Assembly (NCBI RefSeq): GCF_009914755.1
Contig: NC_060948.1
DNA from: the human T2T-CHM13v2.0 reference genome, Homo sapiens
Length of the DNA: 64,000 nucleotides
Reading direction: 5' to 3' (one strand)
A program made the position numbers and the translations under genes. Below, one piece after another: positions 11,961-26,196 of this stretch. The notes under the pieces are model-generated. The model was not told where the DNA came from, ran no database searches, and saw only the letters and a list, made by a program, of their open reading frames with translations. Numbering within the stretch: the stretch's first letter is position 1; each line of letters begins with the position of its first letter.

Positions 11961-14900
11961 GGCCTGGAATAAAGTGGAATGCTACGGTCTCGAATGGAAT
12001 AAAAATGTATGGAATGGAATGCAATGAAACGGAATCGAATGTCATAGAATGTAATGGAATGCAAAAAAATGGAATCCAAAATCATTGACTGGAAAGGCTG
12101 GGTGTCGAAAGGAATTGACTCCAATGGAATGGAATCGAATGGAATGGAAGTGAATAGAATCGAACTAAATCGAATGGAATGGAATTGATAGGAACGGAAT
12201 GGAAAGGAATGCAATGATTTGGCATGGAATGGAATCGAATGGCATCGAATGGAATGGAATGGAATGCAATGGAATGGAATGTATTAGAATGTAATGAACT
12301 TTAATGGAATGTACTCGAATGGATTCGACTGGAATGGAATGTTCTGGAAGTGAATGGACTCCAATGGAATGGATTCAAAAGGAATGGAATCGTACGGAAT
12401 GGAATCTAATGGAATGGAATTAAATGGAAATGAATCAAATTGAATAGCACGGAATTGAATTGAATGGAATGGAATGCAATGGAATCTAATGAAACGGAAA
12501 GGAAAGGAATGGAATGGAATGGAATGGGCTGGAATGGAAAGGAATCGAAACGAATGGAATGGAATCGAACTGAAGAGACTGGAATGGAATGCACTGGAAT
12601 GGAAGGGAGTGTAATGGAAGGTTGTCGAAAAAAATGGAATCGAATGGAATGGAATTGAATGGAACGGAATAGAGTCGAATGGAATTGAATGGAATGGAAT
12701 GGACTAGAGTGAAATGGAATCGAACCACAAGGAATGGACAGGAATAGAATGGTCTCGAATTGAATGGAATCGTATGGAATGGCATCAAACGGAATGGAAT
12801 GGACAGCCACGGAATGGAATGCACTCGAATGCAATGGAGTCGAAACTAATGGACTGGAATAGAATGGACTCGACTGGTACGGACTCCAATGGAATGGAAT
12901 CGAATGGACGGGAATCGAACGGAAGGGAATCGAACGGAATGGACTCGAAGGGAAAAGACTGCAATGGAAAGGTCTCGAATGGAATGGAAATTAATGGAAT
13001 GGAATGGAATCGAATGAAATGGAGTCAAAAGGAATGGAATCGAATGGCAAGAAATCGAATGTAATGGAATCGCCAGGAATTGATGTGAACGGAACGGAAT
13101 GGAATGGAATCCAAAGGAATGGAATAGAATGGAATGGAATCGAATGGAAAGGACTCGAATGGAAATCACTCGAATAGAATGCAATTTAATAAAATAGGAT
13201 CAAATGTAATGGAATGGAATGGAAAGGAATCGAAACGAAAGGAATGGAGACAGATGGAATGGAATGGAACAGAGAGCAATGGTATAGAATGGAATGGAAT
13301 CATCTGGAATGGAATTGAATGGAATGGAATAATATGAAATGGAATGGAATGGAATGGAATGGAATGCCCTTGAATTAAATGGACTGGAATGGAATGGACT
13401 CAAACAGAGTGGAATGGAAAGTGTGGAGATAGAATGGAATGAACTCCTTTGGAATGGTGTAGTATGCAATGCAATCGACTGGCAGGGAATCAAAAGGAAT
13501 GTAATCGAATGGATTGGACTGGAATGCAATGGACTCGAATAGATTGGAAACGGAATGCAAAGGAATGGAATGGAATAGTATGGAATGCAATGGAAGGGAA
13601 TGGAGTGGAATAGACTAGAGTGGAATGGAATGGACTGGAAAGCAATGGACTGGAATGGAACTTTCTTGGATGGACTGGAATCAAACGGAATGGAATGCAG
13701 TGCAATCAAATGGCATGGAATAAAATAGAATGAAAGAGAATCAAATGGAATTGAATCGAATGGAATCGAATGGATTGGAAAGGAATAGAATGGAATGGAA
13801 TGGAATTGACTCAAATGGAATGGACTAGAATGGAATGGATTCGAATGGAAGGCAAAGGAATGGAATCTATTGGAATGGACTGTAATGGAATGGAATGGAA
13901 GGGATTGGAATGGACTCGAATGGAATGGACTGCAATAGAAAGGATTCGAATGGAATGAAAAAGAATTGAATGGAATAGAACAGAATGGAATCAAATCGAA
14001 TGAAATGGAATGGAATAGAAAGGAATGGAATGAAATGGAATGGAAAGGATTCGAATGGAATGCAATCGAATGGAATGGAATCGAACGGAATGGAATAAAA
14101 TGGAAGAAAACTGGCAAGAAATGGAATCGAAATGAATGGAGTGTTATGGAACGGACTCAAAAGGAATTGAATGTAATAGAATGGAGTGGAGTGGACTCGA
14201 ATATAATGGACTGGAATGGAATGAAATCACATGGAATGGGAACGAATGGAATGGAATGGAAAGGAATGGAATCGAATGGAAAGGAATCGAATGGAAGGGA
14301 ATGAAATTGAATCAACAGGAATGGAAGGGAATAGAATAGACTGTAATGGAATGGACTCGAATAGAATGGACACGAATGCTCAAATTAAATGGACTCGAAT
14401 GGAATGGAAACGAAAGGAATGTCATCGAATGGAATTGAATCGATTGGAATGAAATCGCTTAGAATGGAGTGGAATCAAATGGAATTGAATCGAAAGGAAA
14501 GGAAGCGAATGGACTGAAATGAAATGGAATGGAATTGAATGGAAAGTAATGCAATGGAATAGAATGGAACGAAATTTCACGGAATGGAATCAAACTGAAT
14601 GGAATCAAATCAATGGAATCAAATCAAATGGAATGGAAAGGAATTGAATGGAGTAGATGGGATTGGATGGGATTGGAATGAAATGTACTGGAAAGGACTC
14701 GAATTTCATGAAACGGAATGGAATGAATTGGAACGGAATGGACTCGAATGGAATGGAATGTCATGGGATGGCATCAAATGGAATGGCATCAAATGGAATG
14801 GAATCGAATGCAATGGAATGCTATGGAATGGAATGGAATGCATTGGAATGGAATGTCCTCTAATGGAATGGATTCGAGTGGAATGGAATTGAATATAATG

Positions 14901-17900
14901 GAGTCGAATGAAATGGAATTGAAAGGAATGGGATCGAATACAATGGAATATACTGGAATGTAACGTAATGAACTCGAATGTAATTGACTGGAATGGAATG
15001 TACATGAATGGAATGTAATCGAATGGAAAGTAATCCAATGGAATAGAATCTAATGCAATAAAATCGACTCAGATAGAGTAGAATGTAATGGAATGGAGTG
15101 CAGTGCAATGGAATGGAATGGAATGGAATGCAATGGAATGGAATGGAATGGAATGGAATGGAATGGTATGGAATGGATAGTAATAGACTGGAGTGAAATG
15201 GACTGGAAAGGAATGGACTCAAATTGAAAGGGCTCGAAAGGAATGGAGTCAAATGGAATGGTCTGGAATGGAATGAACACGAATGTAATGCAACCCAATA
15301 GAATGGAATCGAATGGCATGGAATATAAAGAAATGGAATCGAAGAGAATGGAAACAAAGGGAATGGAATTGAATGGAATGGAATTGAATGGAATGGGAAC
15401 GAATGGAGTGAAATTGTATGCAGTAGAAGAGAATAGAATGGAATGCAAGCGAAAGGAAAGGAATGGATTGGAATGGAATGGAATTCATTGGAATGGAAGG
15501 GAATGTAGTGTAATGGACAGGCCTGGAATAAAGTGGAATGCTACGGTCTCGAATGGAATAAAAATGTATGGAATGGAATGCAATGAAACGGAATCGAATG
15601 TCATAGAATGTAATGGAATGCAAAAAAATGGAATCCAAAATCATTGACTGGAAAGGCTGGGTGTCGAAAGGAATTGACTCCAATGGAATGGAATCGAATG
15701 GAATGGAAGTGAATAGAATCGAACTAAATCGAATGGAATGGAATTGATAGGAACGGAATGGAAAGGAATGCAATGATTTGGCATGGAATGGAATCGAATG
15801 GCATCGAATGGAATGGAATGGAATGCAATGGAATGGAATGTATTAGAATGTAATGAACTTTAATGGAATGTACTCGAATGGATTCGACTGGAATGGAATG
15901 TTCTGGAAGTGAATGGACTCCAATGGAATGGATTCAAAAGGAATGGAATCGTACGGAATGGAATCTAATGGAATGGAATTAAATGGAAATGAATCAAATT
16001 GAATAGCACGGAATTGAATTGAATGGAATGGAATGCAATGGAATCTAATGAAACGGAAAGGAAAGGAATGGAATGGAATGGAATGGGCTGGAATGGAAAG
16101 GAATCGAAACGAATGGAATGGAATCGAACTGAAGAGACTGGAATGGAATGCACTGGAATGGAAGGGAGTGTAATGGAAGGTTGTCGAAAAAAATGGAATC
16201 GAATGGAATGGAATTGAATGGAACGGAATAGAGTCGAATGGAATTGAATGGAATGGAATGGACTAGAGTGAAATGGAATCGAACCACAAGGAATGGACAG
16301 GAATAGAATGGTCTCGAATTGAATGGAATCGTATGGAATGGCATCAAACGGAATGGAATGGACAGCCACGGAATGGAATGCACTCGAATGCAATGGAGTC
16401 GAAACTAATGGACTGGAATAGAATGGACTCGACTGGTACGGACTCCAATGGAATGGAATCGAATGGACGGGAATCGAACGGAAGGGAATCGAACGGAATG
16501 GACTCGAAGGGAAAAGACTGCAATGGAAAGGTCTCGAATGGAATGGAAATTAATGGAATGGAATGGAATCGAATGAAATGGAGTCAAAAGGAATGGAATC
16601 GAATGGCAAGAAATCGAATGTAATGGAATCGCCAGGAATTGATGTGAACGGAACGGAATGGAATGGAATCCAAAGGAATGGAATAGAATGGAATGGAATC
16701 GAATGGAAAGGACTCGAATGGAAATCACTCGAATAGAATGCAATTTAATAAAATAGGATCAAATGTAATGGAATGGAATGGAAAGGAATCGAAACGAAAG
16801 GAATGGAGACAGATGGAATGGAATGGAACAGAGAGCAATGGTATAGAATGGAATGGAATCATCTGGAATGGAATTGAATGGAATGGAATAATATGAAATG
16901 GAATGGAATGGAATGGAATGGAATGCCCTTGAATTAAATGGACTGGAATGGAATGGACTCAAACAGAGTGGAATGGAAAGTGTGGAGATAGAATGGAATG
17001 AACTCCTTTGGAATGGTGTAGTATGCAATGCAATCGACTGGCAGGGAATCAAAAGGAATGTAATCGAATGGATTGGACTGGAATGCAATGGACTCGAATA
17101 GATTGGAAACGGAATGCAAAGGAATGGAATGGAATAGTATGGAATGCAATGGAAGGGAATGGAGTGGAATAGACTAGAGTGGAATGGAATGGACTGGAAA
17201 GCAATGGACTGGAATGGAACTTTCTTGGATGGACTGGAATCAAACGGAATGGAATGCAGTGCAATCAAATGGCATGGAATAAAATAGAATGAAAGAGAAT
17301 CAAATGGAATTGAATCGAATGGAATCGAATGGATTGGAAAGGAATAGAATGGAATGGAATGGAATTGACTCAAATGGAATGGACTAGAATGGAATGGATT
17401 CGAATGGAAGGCAAAGGAATGGAATCTATTGGAATGGACTGTAATGGAATGGAATGGAAGGGATTGGAATGGACTCGAATGGAATGGACTGCAATAGAAA
17501 GGATTCGAATGGAATGAAAAAGAATTGAATGGAATAGAACAGAATGGAATCAAATCGAATGAAATGGAATGGAATAGAAAGGAATGGAATGAAATGGAAT
17601 GGAAAGGATTCGAATGGAATGCAATCGAATGGAATGGAATCGAACGGAATGGAATAAAATGGAAGAAAACTGGCAAGAAATGGAATCGAAATGAATGGAG
17701 TGTTATGGAACGGACTCAAAAGGAATTGAATGTAATAGAATGGAGTGGAGTGGACTCGAATATAATGGACTGGAATGGAATGAAATCACATGGAATGGGA
17801 ACGAATGGAATGGAATGGAAAGGAATGGAATCGAATGGAAAGGAATCGAATGGAAGGGAATGAAATTGAATCAACACGAATGGAAGGGAATAGAATAGAC

Positions 17901-20900
17901 TGTAATGGAATGGACTCGAATAGAATGGACACGAATGCTCAAATTAAATGGACTCGAATGGAATGGAAACGAAAGGAATGTCATCGAATGGAATTGAATC
18001 GATTGGAATGAAATCGCATAGAATGGAGTGGAATCAAATGGAATTGAATCGAAAGGAAAGGAAGCGAATGGACTGAAATGAAATGGAATGGAATTGAATG
18101 GAAAGTAATGCAATGGAATAGAATGGAACGAAATTTCACGGAATGGAATCAAACTGAATGGAATCAAATCAATGGAATCAAATCAAATGGAATGGAAAGG
18201 AATTGAATGGAGTAGATGGGATTGGATGGGATTGGAATGAAATGTACTGGAAAGGACTCGAATTTCATGAAACGGAATGGAATGAATTGGAACGGAATGG
18301 ACTCGAATGGAATGGAATGTCATGGGATGGCATCAAATGGAATGGCATCAAATGGAATGGAATCGAATGCAATGGAATGCTATGGAATGGAATGGAATGC
18401 ATTGGAATGGAATGTCCTCTAATGGAATGGATTCGAGTGGAATGGAATTGAATATAATGGAGTCGAATGAAATGGAATTGAAAGGAATGGGATCGAATAC
18501 AATGGAATATACTGGAATGTAACGTAATGAACTCGAATGTAATTGACTGGAATGGAATGTACATGAATGGAATGTAATCGAATGGAAAGTAATCCAATGG
18601 AATAGAATCTAATGCAATAAAATCGACTCAGATAGAGTAGAATGTAATGGAATGGAGTGCAGTGCAATGGAATGGAATGGAATGGAATGCAATGGAATGG
18701 AATGGAATGGAATGGAATGGAATGGTATGGAATGGATAGTAATAGACTGGAGTGAAATGGACTGGAAAGGAATGGACTCAAATTGAAAGGGCTCGAAAGG
18801 AATGGAGTCAAATGGAATGGTCTGGAATGGAATGAACACGAATGTAATGCAACCCAATAGAATGGAATCGAATGGCATGGAATATAAAGAAATGGAATCG
18901 AAGAGAATGGAAACAAAGGGAATGGAATTGAATGGAATGGAATTGAATGGAATGGGAACGAATGGAGTGAAATTGTATGCAGTAGAAGAGAATAGAATGG
19001 AATGCAAGCGAAAGGAAAGGAATGGATTGGAATGGAATGGAATTCATTGGAATGGAAGGGAATGTAGTGTAATGGACAGGCCTGGAATAAAGTGGAATGC
19101 TACGGTCTCGAATGGAATAAAAATGTATGGAATGGAATGCAATGAAACGGAATCGAATGTCATAGAATGTAATGGAATGCAAAAAAATGGAATCCAAAAT
19201 CATTGACTGGAAAGGCTGGGTGTCGAAAGGAATTGACTCCAATGGAATGGAATCGAATGGAATGGAAGTGAATAGAATCGAACTAAATCGAATGGAATGG
19301 AATTGATAGGAACGGAATGGAAAGGAATGCAATGATTTGGCATGGAATGGAATCGAATGGCATCGAATGGAATGGAATGGAATGCAATGGAATGGAATGT
19401 ATTAGAATGTAATGAACTTTAATGGAATGTACTCGAATGGATTCGACTGGAATGGAATGTTCTGGAAGTGAATGGACTCCAATGGAATGGATTCAAAAGG
19501 AATGGAATCGTACGGAATGGAATCTAATGGAATGGAATTAAATGGAAATGAATCAAATTGAATAGCACGGAATTGAATTGAATGGAATGGAATGCAATGG
19601 AATCTAATGAAACGGAAAGGAAAGGAATGGAATGGAATGGAATGGGCTGGAATGGAAAGGAATCGAAACGAATGGAATGGAATCGAACTGAAGAGACTGG
19701 AATGGAATGCACTGGAATGGAAGGGAGTGTAATGGAAGGTTGTCGAAAAAAATGGAATCGAATGGAATGGAATTGAATGGAACGGAATAGAGTCGAATGG
19801 AATTGAATGGAATGGAATGGACTAGAGTGAAATGGAATCGAACCACAAGGAATGGACAGGAATAGAATGGTCTCGAATTGAATGGAATCGTATGGAATGG
19901 CATCAAACGGAATGGAATGGACAGCCACGGAATGGAATGCACTCGAATGCAATGGAGTCGAAACTAATGGACTGGAATAGAATGGACTCGACTGGTACGG
20001 ACTCCAATGGAATGGAATCGAATGGACGGGAATCGAACGGAAGGGAATCGAACGGAATGGACTCGAAGGGAAAAGACTGCAATGGAAAGGTCTCGAATGG
20101 AATGGAAATTAATGGAATGGAATGGAATCGAATGAAATGGAGTCAAAAGGAATGGAATCGAATGGCAAGAAATCGAATGTAATGGAATCGCCAGGAATTG
20201 ATGTGAACGGAACGGAATGGAATGGAATCCAAAGGAATGGAATAGAATGGAATGGAATCGAATGGAAAGGACTCGAATGGAAATCACTCGAATAGAATGC
20301 AATTTAATAAAATAGGATCAAATGTAATGGAATGGAATGGAAAGGAATCGAAACGAAAGGAATGGAGACAGATGGAATGGAATGGAACAGAGAGCAATGG
20401 TATAGAATGGAATGGAATCATCTGGAATGGAATTGAATGGAATGGAATAATATGAAATGGAATGGAATGGAATGGAATGGAATGCCCTTGAATTAAATGG
20501 ACTGGAATGGAATGGACTCAAACAGAGTGGAATGGAAAGTGTGGAGATAGAATGGAATGAACTCCTTTGGAATGGTGTAGTATGCAATGCAATCGACTGG
20601 CAGGGAATCAAAAGGAATGTAATCGAATGGATTGGACTGGAATGCAATGGACTCGAATAGATTGGAAACGGAATGCAAAGGAATGGAATGGAATAGTATG
20701 GAATGCAATGGAAGGGAATGGAGTGGAATAGACTAGAGTGGAATGGAATGGACTGGAAAGCAATGGACTGGAATGGAACTTTCTTGGATGGACTGGAATC
20801 AAACGGAATGGAATGCAGTGCAATCAAATGGCATGGAATAAAATAGAATGAAAGAGAATGAAATGGAATTGAATCGAATGGAATCGAATGGATTGGAAAG

Positions 20901-23900
20901 GAATAGAATGGAATGGAATGGAATTGACTCAAATGGAATGGACTAGAATGGAATGGATTCGAATGGAAGGCAAAGGAATGGAATCTATTGGAATGGACTG
21001 TAATGGAATGGAATGGAAGGGATTGGAATGGACTCGAATGGAATGGACTGCAATAGAAAGGATTCGAATGGAATGAAAAAGAATTGAATGGAATAGAACA
21101 GAATGGAATCAAATCGAATGAAATGGAATGGAATAGAAAGGAATGGAATGAAATGGAATGGAAAGGATTCGAATGGAATGCAATCGAATGGAATGGAATC
21201 GAACGGAATGGAATAAAATGGAAGAAAACTGGCAAGAAATGGAATCGAAATGAATGGAGTGTTATGGAACGGACTCAAAAGGAATTGAATGTAATAGAAT
21301 GGAGTGGAGTGGACTCGAATATAATGGACTGGAATGGAATGAAATCACATGGAATGGGAACGAATGGAATGGAATGGAAAGGAATGGAATCGAATGGAAA
21401 GGAATCGAATGGAAGGGAATGAAATTGAATCAACACGAATGGAAGGGAATAGAATAGACTGTAATGGAATGGACTCGAATAGAATGGACACGAATGCTCA
21501 AATTAAATGGACTCGAATGGAATGGAAACGAAAGGAATGTCATCGAATGGAATTGAATCGATTGGAATGAAATCGCATAGAATGGAGTGGAATCAAATGG
21601 AATTGAATCGAAAGGAAAGGAAGCGAATGGACTGAAATGAAATGGAATGGAATTGAATGGAAAGTAATGCAATGGAATAGAATGGAACGAAATTTCACGG
21701 AATGGAATCAAACTGAATGGAATCAAATCAATGGAATCAAATCAAATGGAATGGAAAGGAATTGAATGGAGTAGATGGGATTGGATGGGATTGGAATGAA
21801 ATGTACTGGAAAGGACTCGAATTTCATGAAACGGAATGGAATGAATTGGAACGGAATGGACTCGAATGGAATGGAATGTCATGGGATGGCATCAAATGGA
21901 ATGGCATCAAATGGAATGGAATCGAATGCAATGGAATGCTATGGAATGGAATGGAATGCATTGGAATGGAATGTCCTCTAATGGAATGGATTCGAGTGGA
22001 ATGGAATTGAATATAATGGAGTCGAATGAAATGGAATTGAAAGGAATGGGATCGAATACAATGGAATATACTGGAATGTAACGTAATGAACTCGAATGTA
22101 ATTGACTGGAATGGAATGTACATGAATGGAATGTAATCGAATGGAAAGTAATCCAATGGAATAGAATCTAATGCAATAAAATCGACTCAGATAGAGTAGA
22201 ATGTAATGGAATGGAGTGCAGTGCAATGGAATGGAATGGAATGGAATGCAATGGAATGGAATGGAATGGAATGGGATGGAATGGTATGGAATGGATAGTA
22301 ATAGACTGGAGTGAAATGGACTGGAAAGGAATGGACTCAAATTGAAAGGGCTCGAAAGGAATGGAGTCAAATGGAATGGTCTGGAATGGAATGAACACGA
22401 ATGTAATGCAACCCAATAGAATGGAATCGAATGGCATGGAATATAAAGAAATGGAATCGAAGAGAATGGAAACAAATGGAATGGAATTGAATGGAATGGA
22501 ATTGAATGGAATGGGAACGAATGGAGTGAAATTGTATGCAGTAGAAGAGAATAGAATGGAATGCAAGCGAAAGGAAAGGAATGGATTGGAATGGAATGGA
22601 ATTCATTGGAATGGAAGGGAATGTAGTGTAATGGACAGGCCTGGAATAAAGTGGAATGCTACGGTCTCGAATGGAATAAAAATGTATGGAATGGAATGCA
22701 ATGAAACGGAATCGAATGTCATAGAATGTAATGGAATGCAAAAAAATGGAATCCAAAATCATTGACTGGAAAGGCTGGGTGTCGAAAGGAATTGACTCCA
22801 ATGGAATGGAATCGAATGGAATGGAAGTGAATAGAATCGAACTAAATCGAATGGAATGGAATTGATAGGAACGGAATGGAAAAGAATGCAATGATTTGGC
22901 ATGGAATGGAATCGAATGGCATCGAATGGAATGGAATGGAATGCAATGGAATGGAATGTATTAGAATGGAATGAACTTTAATGGAATGTACTCGAATGGA
23001 TTCGACTGGAATGGAATGTTCTGGAAGTGAATGGACTCCAATGGAATGGATTCAAAAGGAATGGAATCGTACGGAATGGAATCTAATGGAATGGAATTAA
23101 ATGGAAATGAATCAAATTGAATAGCACGGAATTGAATTGAATGGAATCGAATGCAATGGAATCTAATGAAACGGAAAGGAAAGGAATGGAATGGAATGGA
23201 ATGGGCTGGAATGGAAAGGAATCGAAACGAATGGAATGGAATCGAAGTGAAGAGACTGGAATGGAATGCACTGGAATGGAAGGGAGTGTAATGGAAGGTT
23301 CTCGAAAAAAATGGAATCGAATGGAATGGAATTGAATGGAACGGAATAGAGTCGAATGGAATTGAATGGAATGGAATGGACTAGAGTGAAATGGAATCGA
23401 ACCACAAGGAATGGACAGGAATAGAATGGTCTCGAATTGAATGGAATCGTATGGAATGGCATCAAACGGAATGGAATGGACAGCAACGGAATGGAATGCA
23501 CTCGAATGCAATGGAGTCGAAACAAATGGACTGGAATAGAATGGACTCGACTGGTACGGACTCCAATGGAATGGAATCGAATGGAAGGGAATCGAACGGA
23601 AGGGAATCGAACGGAATGGACTCGAAGGGAAAAGACTGCAATGGAAAGGTCTCGAATGGAATGGAAATTAATGGAATGGAATGGAATCGAATGAAATGGA
23701 GTCAAAAGGAATGGAATCGAATGGCAAGAAATCGAATGTAATGGAATCGCCAGGAATTGATGTGAACGGAACGGAATGGAATGGAATCCAAAGGAATGGA
23801 ATAGAATGGAATGGAATCGAATGGAAAGGACTCGAATGGAAATCACTCGAATAGAATGCAATTTAATAAAATAGGATCAAATGTAATGGAATGGAATGGA

Positions 23901-26196
23901 AAGGAATCGAAACGAAAGGAATGGAGACAGATGGAATGGAATGGAACAGAGAGCAATGGTATAGAATGGAATGGAATCATCTGGAATGGAATTGAATGGA
24001 ATGGAATAATATGAAATGGAATGGAATGGAATGGAATGGAATGCCCTTGAATTAAATGGACTGGAATGGAATGGACTCAAACAGAGTGGAATGGAAAGTG
24101 TGGAGATAGAATGGAATGAACTCCTTTGGAATGGTGTAGTATGCAATGCAATCGACTGGCAGGGAATCAAAAGGAATGTAATCGAATGGATTGGACTGGA
24201 ATGCAATGGACTCGAATAGATTGTAAACGGAATGCAAAGGAATGGAATGGAATAGTATGGAATGCAATGGAAGGGAATGGAGTGGAATAGACTAGAGTGG
24301 AATGGAATGGACTGGAAAGCACTGGACTGGAATGGAACTTTCTTGGATGGACTGGAATCAAACGGAATGGAATGCAATGCAATCAAATGGCATGGAATAA
24401 AATAGAATGAAAGAGAATCAAATGGAATTGAATCGAATGGAATCGAATGGATTGGAAAGGAATAGAATGGAATGGAATGGAATTGACTCAAATGGAATGG
24501 ACTAGAATGGAATGGATTCGAATGGAAGGCAAAGGAATGGAATCTATTGGAATGGACTGTAATGGAATGGAATGGAAGGGATTGGAATGGACTCGAATTT
24601 AATGGACTGCAATAGAAAGGATTCGAATGGAATGAAAAAGAATTGAATGGAATAGAACAGAATGGAATCAAATCGAATGAAATGGAATGGAATAGAAAGG
24701 AATGGAATGAAATGGAATGGAAAGGATTCGAATGGAATGCAATCGAATGGAATGGAATCGAACGGAATGGAATAAAATGGAAGAAAACTGGCAAGAAATG
24801 GAATCGAAATGAATGGAGTGTTATGGAACGGACTCAAAAGGAATTGAATGTAATAGAATGGAGTGGAGTGGACTCGAATATAATGGACTGGAATGGAATG
24901 AAATCACATGGAATGGGAACGAATGGAATGGAATGGAAAGGAATGGAATCGAATGGAAAGGAATCGAATGGAAGGGAATGAAATTGAATCAACACGAATG
25001 GAAGGGAATAGAATAGACTGTAATGGAATGGACTCGAATAGAATGGACACGAATGCTCAAATTAAATGGACTCGAATGGAATGGAAACGAAAGGAATGTC
25101 ATCGAATGGAATTGAATCGATTGGAATGAAATCGCATAGAATGGAGTGGAATCAAATGGAATTGAATCGAAAGGAAAGGAAGCGAATGGACTGAAATGAA
25201 ATGGAATGGAATTGAATGGAAAGTAATGCAATGGAATAGAATGGAACGAAATTTCACGGAATGGAATCAAACTGAATGGAATCAAATCAATGGAATCAAA
25301 TCAAATGGAATGGAAAGGAATTGAATGGAGTAGATGGGATTGGATGGGATTGGAATGAAATGTACTGGAAAGGACTCGAATTTCATGAAACGGAATGGAA
25401 TGAATTGGAACGGAATGGACTCGAATGGAATGGAATGTCATGGGATGGCATCAAATGGAATGGCATCAAATGGAATGGAATCGAATGCAATGGAATGCTA
25501 TGGAATGGAATGGAATGCATTGGAATGGAATGTCCTCTAATGGAATGGATTCGAGTGGAATGGAATTGAATATAATGGAGTCGAATGAAATGGAATTGAA
25601 AGGAATGGGATCGAATACAATGGAATATACTGGAATGTAACGTAATGAACTCGAATGTAATTGACTGGAATGGAATGTACATGAATGGAATGTAATCGAA
25701 TGGAAAGTAATCCAATGGAATAGAATCTAATGCAATAAAATCGACTCAGATAGAGTAGAATGTAATGGAATGGAGTGCAGTGCAATGGAATGGAATGGAA
25801 TGGAATGCAATGGAATGGAATGGAATGGAATGGAATGGAATGGTATGGAATGGATAGTAATAGACTGGAGTGAAATGGACTGGAAAGGAATGGACTCAAA
25901 TTGAAAGGGCTCGAAAGGAATGGAGTCAAATGGAATGGTCTGGAATGGAATGAACACGAATGTAATGCAACCCAATAGAATGGAATCGAATGGCATGGAA
26001 TATAAAGAAATGGAATCGAAGAGAATGGAAACAAAGGGAATGGAATTGAATGGAATGGAATTGAATGGAATGGGAACGAATGGAGTGAAATTGTATGCAG
26101 TAGAAGAGAATAGAATGGAATGCAAGCGAAAGGAAAGGAATGGATTGGAATGGAATGGAATTCATTGGAATGGAAGGGAATGTAGTGTAATGGACA
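11961..26196 (+). repeat. Four consecutive DYZ1 units of exactly 3559 bp
   Basis: GGCC at 11961, 15520, 19079, 22638, 26197; all carry the shortest form of the pure GGAAT tract. Confidence 0.9.
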